Of a DNA stretch of 64,000 nt, positions 56,613 to 64,000 are shown piece after piece. How positions within the stretch are numbered: the stretch's first letter is position 1; each line of letters begins with the position of its first letter. The translations under genes were made by a program, and so were the position numbers. Location of the stretch: NCBI GenBank assembly GCA_965644315.1, contig CBFFRQ010000018.1:744001-808000 (forward strand), given 5' to 3'. The stretch comes from Caecitellus pseudoparvulus. Taxonomy: Eukaryota; Protista; Bigyra: Bicosoecida. A model generated the notes under the pieces. That model was not told the DNA's origin, ran no database searches, and saw only the letters and a program-made list of their open reading frames with translations.

Positions 56613-59600
56613 TCAGACGCCTGCCGCCTGAAGACCAGCACAAAACGCAGCCCCCCTGGCCGAGGCAGCCCGCCAGAGCAGCACCAGCAGCGCGATGAGG
56701 CGCATGCCTGCACCCATGCCCCACAGAACCCCGATGTCCATGGGCCCAGCAGCAGGGTTGAAGCCAAATTTGCCTTCCACCAAGGCTTGCACGTCTTCCG
56801 CCCACACAGGCGGCCACTGTGCCGTCTCCCCTACCACCAGCGCCTCCACGGCATACAATGAGTAGGATGCCCCCACCACCACGCGCATGAGCGGGCCGCC
56901 TGCATCGAGCAGGCGGGGGAGCGGTGGGGCAGTCCCTGCGATCATTGCAAAGATGACAACCAGCAGGACAGTGGCCACTGTGGCCGAGCGAAGCGGAAGT
57001 AGCGTGGAAAAAAGGAAACCCACGCCTGAGGTGCAGTAAACGACAGAAAAAAGTGTCCCATACAGGTATGCAAGGCTAGCTCGGGGTGAAGAGAAGGTGT
57101 AGAACCACAGCAAGAAGACTAGCGGGGCAACCACCTCCTCGGGCAAGTGTGCGGTAATCTTGCCAAGAAAGTACCCTGATGGACTCAAGCCCATGCCCGC
57201 TTCACGATGCCACACCTGCCCTTCCCAACCAAAGAGGCGCGTCGCCGTGATGGCTGACGCCATGCCCACAGACAACACCATGAGTTGAGCAATTGCAGGC
57301 ACATCCGACAGCTCGTAGTCCCGGTATGCCACTCCGAGGACGAGGCCTGGAATCATGACTAGCAGCAGGTCTGTGGTCAGTGTGACGGGGTGGGCTAGCA
57401 GTTGCACCATGGCTCGGTGTGTGAAGGCCCACAGGGCAGAACAGGCCCCCAGCTGCACCCTTGGTGTGTACCCTTGAGCCCCCATAGCCGTGCCAGCAGC
57501 AGCCGCCGCAAGCGGGATCCGGTAGTGAGCTGAGACATTCCGCCGAGGACTGGCAGCAGCAGCGGCTCGCAAGACAGACAAAGCGTCCTCAGGTTCAATC
57601 TCAGTGCAATCAGTGTCCATGGTGCCTCGTCGCTGGGGCTCCACACCACTGACACGGGGCTGAAGCACGCTTGCCGAAGAACAAGCCGCTTTGAGGTGTG
57701 GAGGAAGGCGCCCAGCCTCCTTCAGCTCCTCCCACATCGATGCGAGATCACCTGGGCCCATTGCAGAGCGGCCCTTGGCCATTGGTGCTCGGTTTGGACT
57801 CTCCGACGGCTGCGAGAAGCCTGAGAGGATATCCAGGAGAAAGTCCACCGTGGATGCACCGCCTGCAGGCGGTCGAGCATACCCCTGCGACACAAAGTAC
57901 GGAACAGCCCCGGACGGTGGACCCAAGAAGGCAGTGCTCCCAACAGCATCCAGCAGCAAAACCCTGTCAAACGTTGCGAAGATCTCTGAGCGTGTGCACG
58001 CCAACGCCACGACGACTGTGACTCCGTTCCCAGCCAAAGCATGCAAGGCAGACAGCACCCGCGCCGCAGACATGGGCGGCAATCCATCCACAGGATTTTC
58101 CACACAGAGCAGCGCTGGGTCTGCCACTAGCTCCACTCCCAGGGACAGAAGACGGCGCGCTTCCGGGGTGATGGTCTTGCCCAAGTCCCCGTCGCCGGCG
58201 CTAGTTTCGGCGCCGCTCTGTGCTCCTCCCACACGCCAGTCTTGCACATCAAGCAGCCCCAGCAGATCCAACACGTCGCCGACCATGTTGACAGCTGCCT
58301 TGCGGGGTGTTGAGCGAGGAAGGCGCTGCCGAGCGTAGAATTTAAGCGTCTCACGGACAGTGAGCTCTGGGTGCAGGAGAGCCCGGGCAGGGACATACCC
58401 CACGTCGCTCACACACTCTGCCACATCCCCGACCTGGCCATTTATCATCACAGAGCCAGTGGTAGTCCCCCGGGCCTCCCGCGCGGCAAGTAACCGAAGA
58501 AGACTTCGGGCAAGCCCGCTGCCTGGCGGGGCGAGCACAGCGGTGACACTTCCCGCTGGCAGCGAGGCGGTAACGCCTGCCAACGCAACCTGCCTCTCAG
58601 CAGTCCGACTGCAGCATCCAGCTGCTGCCGTGCGCAGACCAAGCTGCTGCAAGTCCAGATTCATGCGCCACCGCTTGGCCTTGAACGACCGCAGGTGACC
58701 ATGTGGGTTGACAAGCAGTCCAAATGCCCCGGTGGCGGCACCATCATGCGCGCCCCCATCTGATGCTAGAGACCCCCCCCTTGCCGCTGCAACTCGGCCT
58801 GCTCGTCCACCAGCTGCTCCAGGGGACGCCCTGTCAGCCGCCAAGCCAGGCGCTGGAGAGCCCGAATCCATTGCAGCAGCTTGGCGCAGAATTTGCTGCT
58901 TTGACCTGCGGCTTTCACGCAGCCTTGAGCAGCTGCATGCCACAAGGCGCCGAAGCAGCAGTGCCAACGCCAAGAGAATGAAGGCAAGTGCGATGGTCAC
59001 GCCAAAGTCAGGCGAGTCTACCCCTCCCTTGCAGCTTGCAAGCACTGGGCAGCTGACTGGCCGATCGAAGCCTGCCTTACAGAAGGAGCCCGCGGGACAG
59101 GAAGCCCGCACTGCAGGCCCAGGGCAGTAATAAGTGGAAGGGCACTTGGCATCCTCCCCCGCCCCTGTGCACAACGGCTCACCGAGCACCATGCGCGGCG
59201 CTTCGCCGCCAACGCAGACTGCAGGCGAAGAAGCCGTCGCGTTCCGCAGCAGTCTCCCCCCAGGGCAGTATGCACCTACCGAGCATGGGTGTGCGCACAC
59301 AAAGCTGTGAAGAAGAGCTCAAGGGGAATGCGGCCCCCACAGCTGGGTTGTAGGTGCAATTACCGCACTCACGCGTTGGGGCAAAAAAAGCCATCTGGGC
59401 ACGAGGCCGTCGTGCGGACAGTGCCATTCGCTGTGTCATAAATCTGGGTGTACAGCCCTGGTGCGCATGCTGCCTCTGAATCCCCGTAGCTGCAAAAAAT
59501 CCATGCTGCATGTAACGATGGCCTGGTGCAAGCAACCAAGCATAGCACGCACCGGCAGTGCTGCTTGTCATAGCTTGACCGAGCCGCCGCTTGAAGCTGC

Positions 59601-59665
59601 TGTGCAGAGCAGACGCTGGCTTGTGTTACAGTCACACCCTTGCCTGTCATTTCAATCGCTTGCAC
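56613..59665 (-). CDS. ABCG half-transporter with Cys-rich extracellular N-domain (plant ABCG24/28-like architecture) and degenerate NBD; 5' end unresolved
   Basis: CPDGFFCP, GAYCP, YYCP and CPAGSFC repeats, a TM helix, NBD scaffold (GSVMING, VGYVP, HPELTVRETL), and ABC2-type TMD (WHREAGMGLSPSGYFLGK). Confidence 0.85.
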
Positions 59666-60091
59666 TGTGCCCTAGCAGCGCCGTCAGCGCTGCAGCAAGC
59701 CACCTTGCTGCGGAGAGCTGGCCAAGTCCGACCTACAGAGCACTGAGTTAGCGGGATGGGCTGCAGAGGGTGCGGGTGGGGTCTGCAGTGAAGTGTCTTG
59801 ATTGTGATTGACAGGATTTGCTTGCGGGATTGAAGTGCGGGCTGCTGGAACAGAGTGCACAACAAGGAGTCCGTCCAGATTGAATCAAAGCCAAGCGCTG
59901 TGCTGTTTGCACCGCCGCTGCATTGAGGCTGATCTGCGGAGTGACAAAAAAGCCGATGGCGGTTCACGGTATTTTCCTTCCACCTCACGCAATCCAGGGC
60001 GCGAGAAGAGTCACGAAGTTTCCTGCTGTCGCCTTCGAGGTGAGCAAGCACAACGCAACTCTGCTTGCCGTCCGCTGCTGAGAGTGCACCC

Positions 60092-63000
60092 ATGGCCTCA
60101 GTCAAAGGTGGCGCCCCATCGCTGGAGGATCATACAAGGGGGTGGAATGCTGATTCAGAGCGGATTTGGGTGTCTGGTGCTTGGGCTGGGCATTTCGGTG
60201 GTGCGTGAGGCCTCGCCAATGCCTGCGTTTCAGGCAGCCAACTGCCGTTTCAACACGCCAAACTCGCGCTGCCACGTCGCGCTGCACTGCCCGTGTCCTT
60301 CGCAGATGCGTTCATTGACGATACCGAATTGGAGGGTGGACAATTGCCACCGTCTCTGAGAGCACTGTCCAACATCCTTTCTGACCTCGCTGTGGGCCAT
60401 GGCGTGTTGCCGCTCTCGGAACGAGAGCGGGGCATCCTGGCGGGGATCAGTCGTCACTTCGCAGACGCTGCAGAGTTCGGGGACCGCTCCTCAGGCGCAT
60501 CAGGGCGCAACATTCCTATCTTCTTGAGGTCCTGGCATGAGCGCCTGGTGTCCATGCAAGTCGGGGAGCTGCAGGTGGTTCCAGGCGGCTGGGCTTCCAA
60601 GCCGGCCGGACACGCCATCATGTATGTCATTGAGCGCACTGGGGAGGACTCCATGAACTTCGTCATTTGCAACACGGGACAAGGTGTAAACCAGCACCCC
60701 GAGCGCCCTGGTCACCCGAAAAGGTCGTTCCGTACCTCGATCGTCCTGCGTGGCATCTCCTTGCAGCGCTTTGCGGATGAGGGAGTGTTGTACCTGCTCA
60801 CGCAACTGCGCACGACGCCGCGAAAGATGCATGGCCCCCTCATTGTGTATGACGTGCTTGTACCTCATCTCACTGGGAAGCCCCTCACAGAACTCATCGA
60901 AGCCACAGAGGTGGCCTATGGAAGCTGGGCCGAGGGCAGCCTTCTGCCAGACCAGAGCGATGCAGTGCTGGACACCCCTGGCGTTTCCAGCAGCGGTGAT
61001 CCGGCGTTGCCGACCGCTGGCCCAGCATTGGGCCACTCACCTTGGGCGTCCCCTCAGCGCTCTGGCACTTGCTACTATCGTGCGGTGCTGGCTTGCCTGA
61101 AGTACTTGCTGCACAGGTGGGGGGTGCCACTGGATCGTGTGAAGGCCATCACGCTGGCCCTTCGCTGTGGGTACTTGGCAGTTGCCCTTCGGCAGTTGAA
61201 AGCTCAGGCTGGTCTCACCAGTGACACCCTGGCAGACTTGCCGCCAGCACCAGCGTCCGGCATTCCACTCGTTCGGGCTGCTTCTTCCTCTCTGCGCATT
61301 GGCCTGCCCGACGAAAAGCACGTGCTGGAGCTCAAGCACTGGGAAACGAAAATGCTTGAGCTTGGTGTTCAGCTGACTGCTCATGCCGCAGGCAAAGCAG
61401 TGCGTGCTGGAATCTTGGACGCCGAGCACATCTGCAGCGTGGCCGACTTGGTCCGAGGAGTTCACGCTTTCATTGGTGGGGATGAGGGACAGTTCTTGGC
61501 GCCGCCCCCAGGAACACCCCTCTTGACTCCCGCACAAGCGGCAGCTCTTGGCGCAGATCCTGCCATCACCCAAGTGGCAGTGGCGGGCGCCCCGGAACCT
61601 GCTTTGGGCGGCCTTCGGCTCAGGGTGAAAGTTGGCATGTCCGCTCTGGAGGATGCCGCGCATGAAGGCCTGATAAGTGCGGGGGACTTTGGCGGAGCGA
61701 GCGAGCAGAAGGTGTGCACTGAAACCACTGAAGACCAGCCTCTTGTCACTGTGTATGTGACTGGGGCTTCTCTCAGTCTGCCCCCCCTGCTGCAGCTAAA
61801 CGCTGATGCGCTGGTCGAGGATGACGCTGTGCAAGCGTTGACCGAAGCGAGCCCTGCGGAAGTACTGGCATCCCCCACGTCAGCGAGCCCTGTGCTGTTG
61901 GAGCGCTTGCAAGCTTGGAGTGGCTTTGACCTGCTCGCCAGTGATGAGGACACCCGTGTGTTCCAAGGCGAGCCTGCAGAGGCCGCAGCAGACTCCTTTG
62001 TGGACCTGACCTTGAGGTTTCCCGGCGAGGACCAGGCTACTGAGCTGCACCGTTTGGCAGCTGCTGCCGCGAAGTCGGCCATTGAAGGCCCCTGCCTTGA
62101 CGAAGCTGCAGAGCTTGACCCGCAGCAAGCCCACGCTGCGGCACACCCGAAGCGTGTAGACCAAGCGCTGAGCTGGGAAGAGACGTTGGCGGCTTTGGCA
62201 GCAACTGAAAAGGCATGCGACGAGGTTCGTCAGAAAGGGGGCGCATCGTCCTCTGCCTCACAGAGCCCGCTACACACCGTGATGTCCATCGTTGAGCACA
62301 CCATGCTGGAGGTCCTGCCTGCTCCCGTGGCGTGGAGTGAGCGTCGGGCCGCCACGGGCGTGGTGGACGCTTGGACGCCTGCATCTGTCACTATCAGCGA
62401 GCAGCGAAGCGCTCTAGCCATCATCTTCTCCCTCTTTTGCCACTACACTTCTGCGTGGCGCTCGCTGCCTTACGATCGCAACGCTGCGGGGGCACATCAA
62501 GTCACTGCAGCAGCCCTGGCAGCAGCCTTTGACTCAACGCTCCGCCTCGTTGCAAGTGATGAGCCTTCCCCTCTGTCCCTGCTTTTGCAAGGTGTGAATG
62601 ATGCATGGGCTTCAAAGTTTGCCATCCCCCTCGTACCGTTGATCGAGGCGGCAGGCATTGAAATTGCCACAGACCGAGCGGAGGCGGCCGCGGCCAGGGC
62701 TGCCAGCCGTCGTGCGCAAGGCGAATCCGACACAAAAGACGACCGGCCTGTGCAGGAAATCCTACTTGATCGACCAGCATACCGTTATGCTGCAGCGTGG
62801 GCTTGCGCGCCTGGCACCTCCCTGCCCAAGTTTGCCCCTGCCTTCACCTTGGACTACCACGAATGGGGCCAGCCCCACACCACCCTGCTGGCATTGACAG
62901 ACACTGCTCTTTTTGCTGGGTACCCCCATGCTGCCTCAAGGAGGAGCCAAGTTGCTGCGTACTTTTCTGAGCTTGCTACCGCTTCACAGAGCAAGGGCAG

Positions 63001-64000
63001 AGACATGGCTGCGCCGCCCGCTCCTGGGCAGGAAGTACGAGCGCCCTCCGCCAAAGCAAGTGCCCTGGCACTGCCCCAGAAAGGGGGCAGGTTCGGATCT
63101 TCCATCAAGTTCAAGGAAGAAGATGCCTGGAGCGAGTTTACTACGTTTTTGCTGGCGGACATGAAGCGCGACAGTTGCCTGCCCCCGTCTGCCCCTGCGC
63201 TGCCCTTCACCGACACTCAAGTTGCGTCAGCAGCAGCCCGCGGTCAAGGCAGCTTCATGTACGTCGGCTACTGGATGAGTGAAGAGTGGGAAGAATTCCC
63301 GGAGTATGGACTGCTTCGTGATTTCCTGGTTGCCGTCACAAGCTCTGCCTTTATTTCAGTTCGGGGCAGCTCCGTGCTCCCCGGGGCACAAGGAGAGTAC
63401 TACCCTGATGACATGCACTCTTCCTGGGCGGTGACAAGGAACTATGCGGCAGAGGGACATGGGCAAGGGGACGACATTGACATGCAGATCAAGCACATGG
63501 GAGGTGACCTGCGCCCACGGGCGCCTGGCTCAGTTGAGACGGCAACGCTGAGCGACGGCCTGGCCCTTGTCGGCCTGAAAAGCTCTGTCCGCCCATCCAC
63601 AGCAGCTGGCTCACGCCCAGGTGGCTCTGGTGGGCTCATGTCAACAATCATGCAGGCGATGATGTCTGGCGACCCAGCCAGTGCTCAGGATGCCATGCTG
63701 GAGGCAGCAGAAGCAGCTGGAATTGAACTTCCAGACGACCCAAACGACCCACAACAAGGCATGGCCTTTATTTCTCGCCTCATGCAGAGCGGAGTGGGCG
63801 GCAGCGGGATGCCGGGGGGGATGCCCATGGGAGGCGTGCCGCCCGGGGCAACCCCAGGAGCGCCTGGGCAATGCCCCATGCAGACGCCAGTGCTTACCGC
63901 TCAGACACTGGATGACGCTGCGCATGTGAACCATGCCTTGGTCGCACCATTCGATGTGCTCCTGCAGCGCCCTGGTCCAGTCCAAGCTGCCGCTGGAGAG
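60092..64000 (+). CDS. Very large protein (3'-truncated by the window) with N-terminal cysteine-protease-like domain
   Basis: Exon 1 60092-60200, intron 60201-60305, then one frame that appears open to 64000 (checked at several points; no stop-terminated ORF listed for it in the track). Motifs VPGGW..GHAIMY, ICNTGQG...H, PQRSGTCY. Confidence 0.8.

Noticed and set aside
60090-60095. Palindromic CCATGG giving an ATG on both strands for the ABCG and the giant gene
   Set aside because: The ABCG 5' exons are unresolved, and the minus-strand peptide lacks a signal sequence; likely chance.

Overview
GC-rich, very gene-dense eukaryotic (protist-type) nuclear DNA. Introns are short GT-AG, mostly about 65-110 nt, with donors GTGCGT/GTGAGT/GTACGT. 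About 28 protein genes: a tandem array of a 1175-bp unit carrying an orphan ORF, then CTF4/WDHD1, a cystinosin-like PQ-loop protein, SAC1, a MaoC dehydratase, MCCC2, S1P phosphatase, RibB with a degenerate GCH-II tail, a DUF676 lipase, a two-pore channel, a RhoGEF, an FkbM methyltransferase, eIF2-gamma, a giant ARM+PH protein, FIS1, two-repeat TMEM175, DUF1295, TRS23 (missed by the ORF track), an ABCG half-transporter, and a giant protease-domain gene that runs off the window. Highlights: (1) the 2462-aa ARM+PH protein looks like a full-length homologue of the apicomplexan glideosome-associated connector (GAC), in a genome that does not look apicomplexan, and it carries a WW-like insert; (2) eIF2-gamma hosts three box C/D snoRNAs (one U18-like, two snR38-like, one of them in a predicted 3'-UTR intron); (3) the ABCG has lost every ATPase motif; (4) a His-Asn-Gln-Cys cysteine-protease-like domain starts the giant gene; (5) the RibB gene has a long structured intron. 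All family calls come from motif recognition by eye; no searches were run. The lineage cannot be fixed from this window.
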